NCBI GenBank assembly: GCA_043228905.1
Contig: JBHGNT010000009.1
Span: 2,604,001 to 2,668,000 of the forward strand
Origin: Azolla caroliniana
Taxonomy: Eukaryota > Plantae > Polypodiophyta
Reading direction: 5' to 3'
Length of the DNA: 64,000 bases
Shown: piece after piece, positions 1-12,600 of the stretch
Numbering within the stretch: the stretch's first letter is position 1
Layout of the letters: each line of letters starts with the position of its first letter
Made by a program: the position numbers and the translations under genes
The notes under the pieces: generated by a model
What the model was told of the DNA's origin: nothing
What the model saw: only the letters and a program-made list of their open reading frames with translations
Databases searched by the model: none

Positions 1-735
1 GGTTGACTGCTCCAAATAGACTTATTTTTAGGAGACATCAGATGGAAATGTTGGTTTATTTTCTAGGTACTAATATTGATTTGGGTGACATACAAACACA
101 TCAATTGTTATTTGTTTAAAGCACAACAGGAAACTTGGGACATAGAATGGGCAATTGCTTGGAGTCATGCAGAAACGTATAGTTTACATATTTGTCAAGT
201 GCCGTTCGTTTCATGCACAACATCACAACTTGATGGAACATAGAGCAAGCAATTTGTGGAACTTGTGCTACAACTTATTGCATGTATACCGATGAAAGTG
301 TTTTTCATTTCTCAAGGCCACAATAGCTTGGGGAAACTTTGGGTGACAGATCTTTATGGTGTGGAGGGCTTACCATTATGCATACATACTCATCAAGCAA
401 CAAATTCTTGTAGTTTATGAGCTTACCATCATAAATACTTATTGTACAAGTACTTAGGGAGAGGCAATGCATAGATATCTAGATACATAGATACATGCCT
501 TGAGTCGTTTGTGCTACTGTAATCAAAGAGTCAGGCGACCAAAATAAGTTGGGTTACCAAGGGTGTATTTTATAATGGCAAGCTTTTTTAGATAAAAAGA
601 TTTGTCAATGTAGATTGCACATGCCCTTGGAAACGTGGCTTGCACCATCCATGACTGTGATTTCCTTGTTGGGCCTCATTATGATTTGATTGAAAAATAG
701 GCACAAACTACATGCATGCATTCATACATATCATT

Positions 736-1257
736 TGTTATGCCCCTAGATTATGGGGATCTCAAAACACACGAAACACAGCTGGGACAAGAATGATGAT
801 TTATATTATAAGAGGGAGACGAGGGATTACAACAATCCCAATGTTGGGAATTAGGATAGACCAACAATATATGAGGGGCTAGAGAGTGTTTCTATATTAC
901 AATGGGAGAGATAGTAGAACTCAAAGATTAGGAATCATAAAAAATGAGGAGAGGCTCCTCCTTATATAGGCCCAGAAGTGGTTGTTTGGAGGGCTAGCCA
1001 TTGGGATTGGATGGCCCAACCATGGGGGGGCGCCTTATCTACAGTAGGGATTGGGACTGGTTCTTTTCTTGAGTCCCAACTCAGATCGACACTACGTTTT
1101 GATAGGGACTCTCCCCACTCTGTTGGGGGCTCCGTGAGATTGTTCCAACTTTGCGTATGACTCTTTGGGACAGTCCCAACCTTGATTGGCGTTGCTCGGG
1201 TCTGTCCCCACTCATTTTGGAACCACTTTCCAGTTGGGACTGTTTGAGTGCACCACA
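736..1257 (-). mobile_element. possible solo LTR
   Basis: TGT...ACA-bounded block of about 520 bp, more GC-rich than its flanks, with a minus-strand TATA box (cttatatagg at 961-970). No clean 4-6 bp TSD found. Confidence 0.35.
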
Positions 1258-1269
1258 ATTGTCAAGATT

Positions 1270-1463
1270 ATATACATAATACATGTATACATACTTTTTA
1301 TACATTACATAATACATGTATACATACTTTTTATACATTACAATGTTACATAATCCATGTATACATACATACTTTTTATAGATTACAATGTTACATAATC
1401 CATGTATACATACTTTTTATACATTACAATGTTACATAATCCATGTATACATACTTTTATACA
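1270..1463. repeat. minisatellite, 33/41-bp units, about 5 copies
   Basis: Unit cataatccatgtatacatactttttatacatta(caatgtta) repeated in tandem about 100 bp upstream of the TH2 ATG. Confidence 0.9.
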
Positions 1464-1563
1464 TAGAGAGATACACACATATGTACATATATGATATATG
1501 TATACATATTGGAGATGCTGAGAGAAGAAGAGATCATTGCTTGTATTTATTATTTTTTGCTTC

Positions 1564-4500
1564 ATGTCAATTTCAAGATTTGCCCAACAAAACACAGTTT
1601 GCAGGAGGAGAGGAGGATGGACTCTGTTCCTGCACCATGTCATCATTATCCCCACTAAGACTCTTCCTCTGTTGTCTTCCCGACCTTCCATGGATTTCAC
1701 TCGTTGTAATGGAAGTTTGGCACTGTCCCTGTGGGAGAAGAGCAAGTCCCTGTCCATGGCTGCTCTGTATCACCCTTTTGTTGTCTCATTGGCTGCAGAG
1801 AAGCTTAGCCTCAACACTTTCAGGCACTATATCGCTCAAGATGCTTTCTTCTTGCAAGCTTTCTCCACGGCGTAAGTGGTTCTCTGTCCTTCTTCATCGC
1901 GTTCCAACATATAAACTGGAATAGACTTAAAACCCTAAACCTTGTCATTTTTTAGGTTTTAGATTTAGTATGATTATTTTCAAGATTTACATCGATCATG
2001 ATTACTTGTTGAGTTCTTGCACTGTATATCGTTATTTCTAGCGTTTTAGACCTCAAATTGAACTTTCAATATATCAGACTTGTTTCAGCCATTATATAGT
2101 GCAATTGTTGTTTCATGGCCTAGCTCAACTCGAACTTTCAAATATGTCATACTATGTTTTCACCCATTAGATAAAGCAATTCTTGTTTTTTAGAGTTTTG
2201 ATCAAACGTCTTTTTTTACACACATTAGATAATGCAAATGTCTTTTTTCTACATTTTTAGATAAAATTTTATTCCTTTTAGGTTTGATAGAAAATATTTT
2301 TGTTTGTAGGGTTTTGATATATCATAATACTTTTTTCCTCCCATTAGATTATGCAATTGTTATCTTTACACATTTAGATAAAATATTGTTCTTTTAGGTT
2401 TTATATCACATCTTTTTGTTTGTAGGGTTTTGATATATTATGGTACTTGTTTTCACCTACTAAATAGTGCAAATAAATTTTCTAATGGCTTTCATGATCA
2501 AATATGGTCATTTTTAGGGAGTACATTGCATACTATTATTTTAAGGGTTTTAGCCTAATTGGACTGTCAAATACATCATGCTTGTTTCATCCATTAATTA
2601 ATACAATTGTTATTTTAGGGTTTTCTATAAAAAGCTAAGTTTTGGCCCATTACATATTACATTTCTTGTTTTACGATGGCATTAGATTGAAAGGCTAGTT
2701 TTCACCCAATATATGATTCAATTGTTGATTTCTAGTGGATAATAAAGCTAAGGTCTCACCCGTTAGAAAATAGAGTTTTTGTTTAATCTGATGCCTATTG
2801 TCGTGGACCTTTGAATCTTTATACTATTTGTTTAGGTATCGTCTTGCTCATGAGAATGTTGATCATGATGTATCAAGGAAGCGAATCAATGAGCTTCAAC
2901 ATGCTGTTTACAGTGAACTCATGCTCCATTCCTCGTATGCAGAGGTAGAATAATCTTGCCAATTTGAACTCATATCTCAGTTCCAAAATGTAATATAGGC
3001 ATAAAAAATATTTGATGCACTAGCAAAAACATTTATTTAACCCCCTATCTTTGTATTTGCAATAGTTTGAAGTTACTGTAGATATAGAACCTCAGGAATT
3101 TCCTAAATTGCTAGTTGTTCAGATATGTTCATAATATTTTGATCCTTGGATACCTATATGAAGAATAAAACATTATTGGAATTCTTCAGGCTTGGGGTGT
3201 GGATCTCACCAAGGATAATAAGCCTGATGGTGCCACAGCTAAGTACACTGAGTTTCTTTTAACAACTGCATCAGGAAATGGAGTTTTTAAGGAACATGAG
3301 AAAGGAACAAAAGGCACAACAATAGATAAGAAGAAAATTGCTGCTTTCACTATTGCGGCAATGACACCATGTATGAAGCTGTATTCATTTCTGGGACAAG
3401 AGATTGCAAAAACCTTAGATGAAGGTTTCCAGGGTTCTGTTTATTGTGACTGGATTGCAGCATACTCCTCCATATCTTTTCAGGTTCGTTAAACATGTAA
3501 TCTTATTCAGGGGCACAAAAATATTACCAACTTTTTAGGTATTGCCAGAATACCAGGAAGAGTTCAAATATTACTAGAATTCCCTTTGTCATTCAAAAGT
3601 TTGCTAGTAGAGGGGTATTGTGGTCATTTTTTGAAACTTAGGGATATTTTGGTGAATATCTAAAAAGGTAGGCCATGCAAGGAATTATTATGCCCAGTTG
3701 TGTGTTGTGTGGATTTATGGTGTGAGCTACATTAGTTGAAACCTAATGTGAAGCATTTCTTTGAATTTATTTTTGTTTGATTGTTGTTGATAGGCATCGA
3801 CTGAGGTAATTGAGCAACTACTTGACAGTATGGCAAGTTGTTTGGATGAAGAGGATATTGAGCATGTTGAGAGACTTTATTACCATGCTTTCAAGCTGGA
3901 ATTGGACTTCTTTTCTGCTCAACCTAACTGTGACTGTCCATTCCTACCTTTCATCAAAGCGCAAACAAGCAGCTCTAAGTTTTCCTATTTGTTGATGTCA
4001 GATTTTGATTTGACTTGTACAATGACTGATTCTTGTACTGTTCTATCTGATGCTTCTATAAGATATGCTTCCTGTCAAGGAGAGGAGCATCGCATGAACA
4101 TCAAACAAACATGGGACTTCCTGAAGAAATCCTATGGTACCCAATATGCCAACATCATTAATCTTCTGGAAAGTAAAGGTTAGATCTAATACTACTGCTG
4201 ATTTTGTCCCTTCCCATTCCCTTTATTTTAGACATTATTAATACATCATTGATGTAGATATATGCATGCAATCAAATATTATGCCCCTATTGTGTATGCA
4301 TGGATGTTTACGATTTTATTTGATCAAATTACAGTAGGATTTCATGAATTGCAACATTTGTGTGATATGAATGGTTTCCACTCCTTTTGGGCGTTGCAAA
4401 AAAATGTAGGTGTAATATATAGCACAATTATGTATTTTGTCCTACATAGTTCACATGTAACATCGTGTTTTATATAAATATTTATATATGAGGATGTTTA

Positions 4501-5484
4501 TGTGTTTATGTTTTTGACTATTTGTGCAGCAAATTCTCAGGGGCATTATGATGAGATTGGCTTACGGTCATTTCTTGAAAAATTATCACAATTTGAGATA
4601 GAGTCAAATTCTGAAGTAATTAGAAAACGTGCTTTAAAAGGGCTAGATATGGAAGACGTTAGGAGAACAGGTGGTGAAATACCTCTACAAGAAGGATGTT
4701 CATACTTTTTTAAAGAAATCTCGAAGTATAGTAATGTGAAGGTGCACATTCTCTCAGTTTGCTGGAGTAAAGCGCTTATTGAAGGTGCATTGTTAAAGGG
4801 TATGTATTTTTTTATTAGGATTGTCTTATAAAACTAAATTTTATAAAGCATAAGTTTTACCCTCTACACCCCATCATATTTGTGCATTTTATCATTTCTA
4901 ATGAACATACACAGAACATGCCCAGTTCTTAAAAGCCTTGAACCCACACTGTTAAGGTTATAAAGCATAGTCTTTAACAGGACATCATCATATCTGTCGA
5001 TTTTGTAAGTTTTAATGTTCACATAACGTATGTATCTGTTACTATCCAATTTATGGCATTTACTTTTGTTGCTTCAGGAGACATGGATTTCATAAAGGTC
5101 CATGCAAATGAACTTTCCTCCAGGGAGTCTATCACCTCAGGTGACATTATACGTGTACTTGAAACCCCATTTGATAAGGAGAGGGTGTATCAAGAGATAC
5201 TTAAAAATGTGGATCTTCTCGAACCTACAATATCCATTTACATTGGTGACAGTGTCACTGATCTACTATGTATGCTCGAGTGTGACATGGGAATTATCAT
5301 CGGCTCAAGTTCTTCCTTGAAAAAAGTTGCACAGTCGTTTGGTATTTCCTTGATACCACTTTACAAGGAAACTTTACAACTAGTGAAGGTTGGGCATTCA
5401 CAGGGTTGGCAAAAGACAAAGGGAGTTATTTACACTGTTTCAAGTTGGCATGAAATCTATACTTTCATGGTTGGCTTGTCTTGA
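1564..5484 (+). CDS. TH2: bifunctional TenA_C/HAD protein (thiamine monophosphate phosphatase / thiamine salvage), about 590 aa
   Basis: join(1564..1871,2836..2944,3190..3483,3794..4178,4530..4799,5078..5484), all GT-AG and phase-consistent, 1773 nt. TenA motifs FRHYIAQDAFFL, YTEFLL and AMTPCMKLY (Cys retained). HAD motifs SDFDLTCT and YIGDSVTDLLC. Confidence 0.92.
2050..2790. repeat. degenerate 60/118-bp tandem repeat in TH2 intron 1
   Basis: Recurring core ccattagat..tgcaatt..ttttagggttt near 2089, 2163, 2223, 2341, 2591, 2647, 2706 and 2760. 2222-2340 resembles 2341-2458. Confidence 0.6.
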
Positions 5485-6653
5485 CCCCATGGACATAATT
5501 GAGACCTATTCTCAGCTGTTATTATCATCAAGATGTAAAAAATCCATTAGTTTGAAATAATTACATTGTTTTCCATTGGTGCAAGTCACAAACGAGGGCC
5601 ATGAAAAAATATGGAACCCCATTGGCTTGAGAATATATTTTTTGAGACTCAAAAAAAAGATTGGAAGTCATTATAACTTTCCTCAGAACATTTACCTTAT
5701 GTTTAAGAAACTCTATAAAAAATGGGAATAATTATTCAACTTCCTTGAAAACTTGTTTTTGAGGAATTGGACAAATAACATTTCTAGCTTCATTATTTCA
5801 GTTTCAACTCTCTTTGCTTTCTATGGGTTTCGAATGTACTTAAGATGAAAAAAGGGTTGCAAACAAGTACACATTTGAACCACAATATCACCTCTTTTTC
5901 TCACTGTCAAACATGAGAGACAGTATCATCTAATAGAGACCCTGACAATTACCAATGAGAACAAAATTATGATTTCAAATAGTCCATGAAAAAGTGAGCT
6001 GTCAATAGGGCACCTGAGAAACAGCGCAAACTAGCTAAATGTAAATACCAAAATAATCAGAGAAAGAAAAGTTACTACAGTAGGTTGCCTCTTGGTAAGC
6101 AGGCTTATATTTCGTACTCCCCATGTTCTTAAAAGGTTCTATGATCTTTGAAGCTTAAAATTGAATCTGTAAAGGTATTCTGCATGACCTTCACCTTCTT
6201 GCTAATTACTATCTAACAAAACGAAGGGAAAAGGTCGATAGAATTGGAATGACTGAGAAACTATGTCCATATGAGAAGTGCAAATATTGAGTATCATTTT
6301 CCCAACATTTTGATTGCACTTCATGTCACTAGTAAAAATGTGAAATTTACAAGGTATTATATTACACCAGTTTGAAAGCTTTGTTGATGAAATTCTGGAT
6401 CACATCTCATTGATGACTATCCATAATTTGCATTATATATATTGATTGTCTCCACACTTGTGGTCATCTCTTCTTCCACGCCTATGTTTCCTAGAGAAGA
6501 TATTACACGCAATCTTAAACACTAGCGCTTTTTCTTCTTTGGCATATACAAATCGCAGATAGACAATTTTCCTCATGGGAGCATTCGTAGAATGTTAACA
6601 TTACAGACCTGGTATACTAACAAATTATCTCCTCATTCCATACTACTAGTATA

Positions 6654-9600
6654 CTAAACCTCTGATTTAAACTTTCTTGCATATTTACAGGTAGAGGGCC
6701 TTCGTGTCTGTATCCCATCATTTAATGCACGTTGGGCACGCAAGCTGTTGATATGCTTCTCCAACTTCAAAAAGGAATCCAAATCATTGGAATTGTGCCT
6801 TGGAAAACACCACTCTGCTTCAAGAGGTACAGGAAGGTTCCTGCAAAAGGAAATCCATTGACCATCAGAAACCAATTACTGAGAGAAGGATAAATTGAGC
6901 ATGAAAACTATAAAAATCATATGATGTTGATAAAGAGAGATTGATTGAACAAGGAAGATGATCCATTAAGATTTCCGACCACTAATATAGTGTTGAAACG
7001 AACCAATAAGCTAAGCGTGGCAGATTTGTTCGTAATATAGAAAGAATGGTTTGGTGACGAAACCAAACCATTTCTCTTTCCATGCCAATAAAGGTTTGTT
7101 GCATCATTCAAATGAATACGAATCGGGATTATAGGGACATAAGCTTATAAAATAACTACACCTGATTCTAAACCAGTTGATGGAAATATGATCGAAAGAA
7201 GAGCGAGATGTGCTAATAGCAAGATACCCCTGAGGGATAGCATGGTTCGGGCAAAGCCACTCAAAATCTTTACCGAACTATAACCAGCCATCATAACAGC
7301 AAATAAACATATTCCTAAGCTTAGGGCACGAAAACGATAGAGGATTAACTCTGAAAATACTGGGAAAGGCACTAATGTGGAGGTACACCCGGTAATAAGA
7401 GACCAAAAGGATGAGGCCCATGTGTCTAAGACCCCACTACGATATATCCAAGAGAAAGAGAGAATAGAGAACCTAAAATAATAATAGAATGACTTATTAC
7501 CGTAAAATTATAAAGTACCATACCTTACAAATTAAGAAATAATGGAAAGGTAAAAGTAACAAGGATCGGGAGACAAGACTATTATTTCGAAACACCACTA
7601 ATTTATTCGTTCATGAGTTTGGTCATGAAACCATAAGTCATCGCATTCAGTACTAAGTCTCATCCATTCAAGGTCACCAAGTGAACTAGGAGCGGGATTA
7701 AACTGGTCGTGGGTGACATAGATGGAGAGGAATTGATAAATAAAAGATACAGATTTCCTATATGGATGGAAATCGATAGAATATGGCAGGTTATTCCGGT
7801 AGATTGTAAGCCATGATGAATTGAAGGGTTTGTTCCAACATGCATGAAAGAAGGTTGTTCTTAACATTGAAGAGCTCGTATGAGAGTTGGCTCAACCTAG
7901 CCCCAACAATAGCAGAATATTTCCGAGATGTCAATGAGCAAGCTGTACTTTTATTCTTTTGACAACATCTTCTGCTTTGCCCAAAATCGCGGAATCAGAA
8001 GTCTCTGTTTTCCTTTCAGCAGGTAGAATACCGATGAAAACCACTTCTTTGGCTATCAAGCAAGCAAGCAAGCCATGTTATTAACTGGTTCTTCCCGGCT
8101 GGCCAGGTCTCTATAGGAAAGAATTCCAGATTAATAACTTCCATTCAAGCGCACCTGCGGACAATCTGACTGACCTAGCCCCGCTACAACCATTTGCACA
8201 CCTTACTGCACCGGCCACTTTTGAGAAGATTAGCAGAAGAATATCTATGCGGCCCATTTATTCCTCTTCATAAAGCGGTGAGGGCCAAAAATAGCCCAAG
8301 ACAGCTTCAGAGCAAACTCTGTTACCAGAGCTGAGCACAGCTTTAGACAATTCCGTCAGGCACCACAAAGGACTGGCTTGAGAAGTATCACAAGAATTGA
8401 CTTTCTGTGCCCTACTCTCAATGCGTCAAACTCTCCGTATCCATTACTCTTTTACAATCAATTATTTGATAGATTTGGAATGTGATGAGATCCACTCTAA
8501 TCATCTCATAGGGCCACCCCGATGAGTGCAATACAAAACAAAAGAGGAACTTACCTAAATGCCGTATGATCTTTCAAGTAAAAAGATATTGATTATTTCA
8601 ATTGGAAGGAGAAAGGTTTCAGAATAGGCTAGCCCTAGTTTTAATGTTTTAAAACTTACTTTTCAAAGTCAATCTTCAAAAACAATAGATTGTCTCTTAG
8701 AGAAGGAAAACGCCAAAACCTCACCTTCGCAAGCGGAGCACCTCAAGGTTCTTCCAAAGTAACGATTCATATTTAGTCAAAGCTTCATGAATATATGGTT
8801 TTCCGACAGTTCTCTTGGTTGCAACATTCAATATATTCTCAAGAGATCCATGTTTTATAAGAAGTTTCAAAGCAGTTTTCCTACCAAATCCAGGTACAAC
8901 ATCTGCAAGTCCAGGGATATTATCTACCTTGTCACCGAGGAGACATCCTGTTTAGAAAGATGAAACTCATTACCCATCTTTGCAGAGACATATGAAAGTG
9001 GTATAATAATATCAATAAGGGAAACACCAAAACAACCTTCTGGATATAACTACAAAACCAGTAAGCTTCAAAAATTACCATGATACTCTGGTGTATTCTA
9101 GTAATTTTTGAAAACCACAGAATATCCAAAATGTTAAGAATATAGTAATGTTAAATGCTATTCTAGTTTACCAATATTCCCAAAATGCCACAACTGTAGA
9201 TTTGACATTACTTTATGCTAAATTGAATTTATGCTTAATTATGCTTCCTCTTTTGTAATATTAGTATCCCATTTTTTGCTCTTCATAGTTAGTAATAAGG
9301 CTGAAAACATGCTTTGATTTGTGTTAAATCTACAAATTAGAGTGGCATTTTAGGAATTACAGTAAACTAGAGCCAAATTCCCCAAATAAGGAGCTCAATG
9401 AAGCTCACGAAGGCTGAGCTCGATATCAGGATGACTATCATGCTGTCGGAAATAGTCCTCATGCGTATAAAAAGACCACCGTTTAAGGTCTGCTAGTGGA
9501 GCCACTATTTGCACCTTCTCACAAAGCAGTTGTTTGAAATCCTTATCTGGTGATGCGATTTTTACATGCATTCCCTTCATAATTGCTTTTTCTGTTAACG

Positions 9601-12600
9601 ATGCCACAACATCATCAGCTTCAGCATCTTCAATGCTTACAATCTGTCGATGTCCAAGCTGTTAATTCATATAATATGTGTGATATAGAATCTTACATAA
9701 ATTAGTGTCTTTCAATAGTTACATACAGGAATGTGGCACTCTGTCATGAAGGCTTTTATGAAAGGGAATGCCTCTCGTAAGTCCGCATCATCACCTATCC
9801 ACGTTTGCCTATTTTTTGATGATGATAGTGGAATAAAATTATTTCGATTCCCTTTGTAAGTGGGTAACAAATTCCTTCGGAATTCATTCCCCTTCTCTCC
9901 ATCCATTACCTGTCAACAGTTCTCTCTCTGTCTCTGTCTCTGTCTCTGTCTCTATATATATAATCTCTCGTTTTTCCATAACAGTATTTATATTAAATAC
10001 AGAATGTTAATTACAGTACATGCGGTGCAATAACAGGCAACCCCCATCTGATTCCCCACTATATATACTCTCTCTCTCTCTTTTCTGTAACAGTAATTAT
10101 ATTAAATACAGAATGTTAATTACAGTACATGTGGTGCAATAACAAGCAACCCCCATCTGATTCCCCATTGTATCCCTTGTCATTTAATTCCTTTGGATGG
10201 ACCTATTCCATCATGTTACCTAATAGTTAATGCAAATTCGGAAAATTATTTCCAATAAGCCTACAAATATCTAGCTGACCTTTAACAAGAAGAACAGTCA
10301 TATGCCTTTCAACTCCATATTGAGTATCATAAACCAAAGCATTCTGCATACGCCAATTATGTCATAATCCCAAGTACTGAGTAGATACAAACACAAATTG
10401 AAACAGTGGATGGGGCAGTCTAATCTCACCTTGAGCAACCACCCATTGGCAAGAGGATGTTGATACCCTAGTTAGAGATACCACTGACATAAACTTCCAA
10501 ATAGATCTTGCTACCAGAAAACTAGTAAAACTATGGCAACTGTGATCCTCTACAATTGAACAAATATAACACATCCCAAAGAGACATTCTGTCATCGCAA
10601 AGTTAACTTCTGTAACTCGAGGTAATCCACCCACCATAACCCCGCCAAATGGACTCTTTGCTTTGAAAGGAATACAATACTTCCATCCTGGTAGTACCAC
10701 CATCTGCCACAAACTATTAGGCCTCTTGAATCCCCATTCTTTGTTAATCTGGTCTACTATCAATGTGTGCTTAGTAATAAGGTATTAATACAACCTTTGT
10801 TGTAACTTTGTCCAAGCTTTTACGACTCCCAAACGATCAACCTACTCAGGACTATCCTCAATCAAATATTGAATTGCGGGATGTGAAATACGCAGTGCTT
10901 GTAACTGAGACCATATATCTTCAGAATTGGGAGAGATACAAGATCTTGTCCTAGCTGTCATAAATGCCATGATTCTTTTAGATTCCAATTTAACATCCCC
11001 TACATAACCAAAACCAGCTGTGCCATAGGATTAAACTGTGTTCGGAGAGCTTGCTTGCCCTCCCATACCAACAAAATCCTCCAATATACTTTGTTGCCAG
11101 CTCATTGCAGGATAAATAATCATTGACCCAACAGACTTAGCTTGCCTATCACTGTAACCACATGCCACCAAGAACTTGCAATCTTTGGCCTATCATGCTG
11201 AATACCTTCTTTCTCTATGTTCCATTCTGTCCATTTCAGTTTTGTGTATTTAGTTTTTAATTCAATCTCTCTTTACGAGCATCCCTTGGTTGACCACGTG
11301 AACCGATTGTATGGATGTTTTGTAAATTTCCTCAAGGCCTTTGTTATTGTGGGCTATATATGCACTATATGAGCATGTTGGGATGAGTTAGGTTATCACA
11401 AGCACCATTCATGTGAAGCAAGGATGCCCATTGTCCCCTACCATCTTCAGACTCTGCATCGATGAGGTAGGGATCTAAATATGTGCAGTCCACAAGGTAA
11501 GCAACATATTAGGTACACCTCTTCACATCCAACTTTGTGCTGATGATATAAACTTGGTCTCTAAACAATTCCCTGAATGGTTTTTACCACAAAAAAAGGC
11601 TCTCAGTGAACCTAGGAAAGTGTAATCCTTCAACACAGTACTGCATGCTCGATTCATGTGGAGAGTCGCGCCTAGAAGCCCTTTGTGTCCCTGTAGATAT
11701 GCGATGGTGCATAGAAGTGTAATCTCCATATGGATTATTGGAGGATGTGCCTAGCACAATTAGAGTAAAATTAGGATGGTCACAATTATCACTCTCTTCA
11801 GACCTCTATATAGACAAGGTATTGCATTACATAGAGAGATCCAGTGGTTCAGAAGCATGCCAACTGGGTATGGCCGGCAAATATTACTATATGCTGATGA
11901 TACTGGTGCTGATCTCCAACTCTCCAGAGTAACTACAAAGATATCTAAACGCCTTCACATTATTTTGTATTGGACAAAGATTTGTTGGTAAACCTAGATA
12001 TAAGTACTGCACAAGCATGAGTAATGAGATCAGACGCAGAATTCTCCTTGGGAAAGGAAATGGTGGTGTACACACGATCCCACACATACCTAGGAGTAAC
12101 ATTTATAGGGCCTCGATTCTCCTTTCAGCATGCTGCCTTTGCTCAACTTTCTTGTGAATATGCAGCACTTGGTGATATGGAGAGACAATGTGCACATACA
12201 CGATCCAAGAGGTATGAACTAAATTATGGATATTTGGTACTTTTGTCACATTGACTCTTCTCAATGGAGTAGAAGCCTGGGGCCAAGTCTTAAAAATGCA
12301 AATAACTGGAAAGATTTGGAGAGACTTTAAGACTCAATGATTGCCTCCATAATAAGCAACAAACGTCAGTACACCATGATATAAATCGAGCACAGATACG
12401 AGCAGCCCCAATAATCACCGAGCAACCTCGTATCCGATGGTTTTGGGGGTTGCCTAAACGAAAGCACTCAAGGTTGTAACTTATGAAATCAAGAAAACTT
12501 GCTGAACATGTAGATGTTCATTGTTGGTATCCTGAACGCAAGAATAGTTCTAGCTACATGGCATAAGTATAAATGCACTACTGTTCCAATATACCTTGGA

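Noticed and set aside
1-660. Possible decayed DNA-transposase fragment (WVTDLYG..HQATNSCS)
   Set aside because: Too short and interrupted to assign without a search.
1270-1463. CRISPR-like appearance of short repeats (also 18140-18248 and 24722-24840)
   Set aside because: Units are contiguous with no unique spacers, there are no cas genes, and the context is eukaryotic.
1081-1924. Several ORFs with repetitive Tyr/His/Ile-rich translations
   Set aside because: They are products of the 33/41-bp minisatellite and of alternative frames of TH2 exon 1.
3510-3695. Possible old MITE (gggcacaaaaat ... attattatgccc) in TH2 intron 3
   Set aside because: Termini are short and degenerate, and there is no TSD.
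7085-7814. Functional transfer of atp6 to the nucleus
   Set aside because: Unedited, two frameshifts, deletions, many stops and no presequence.
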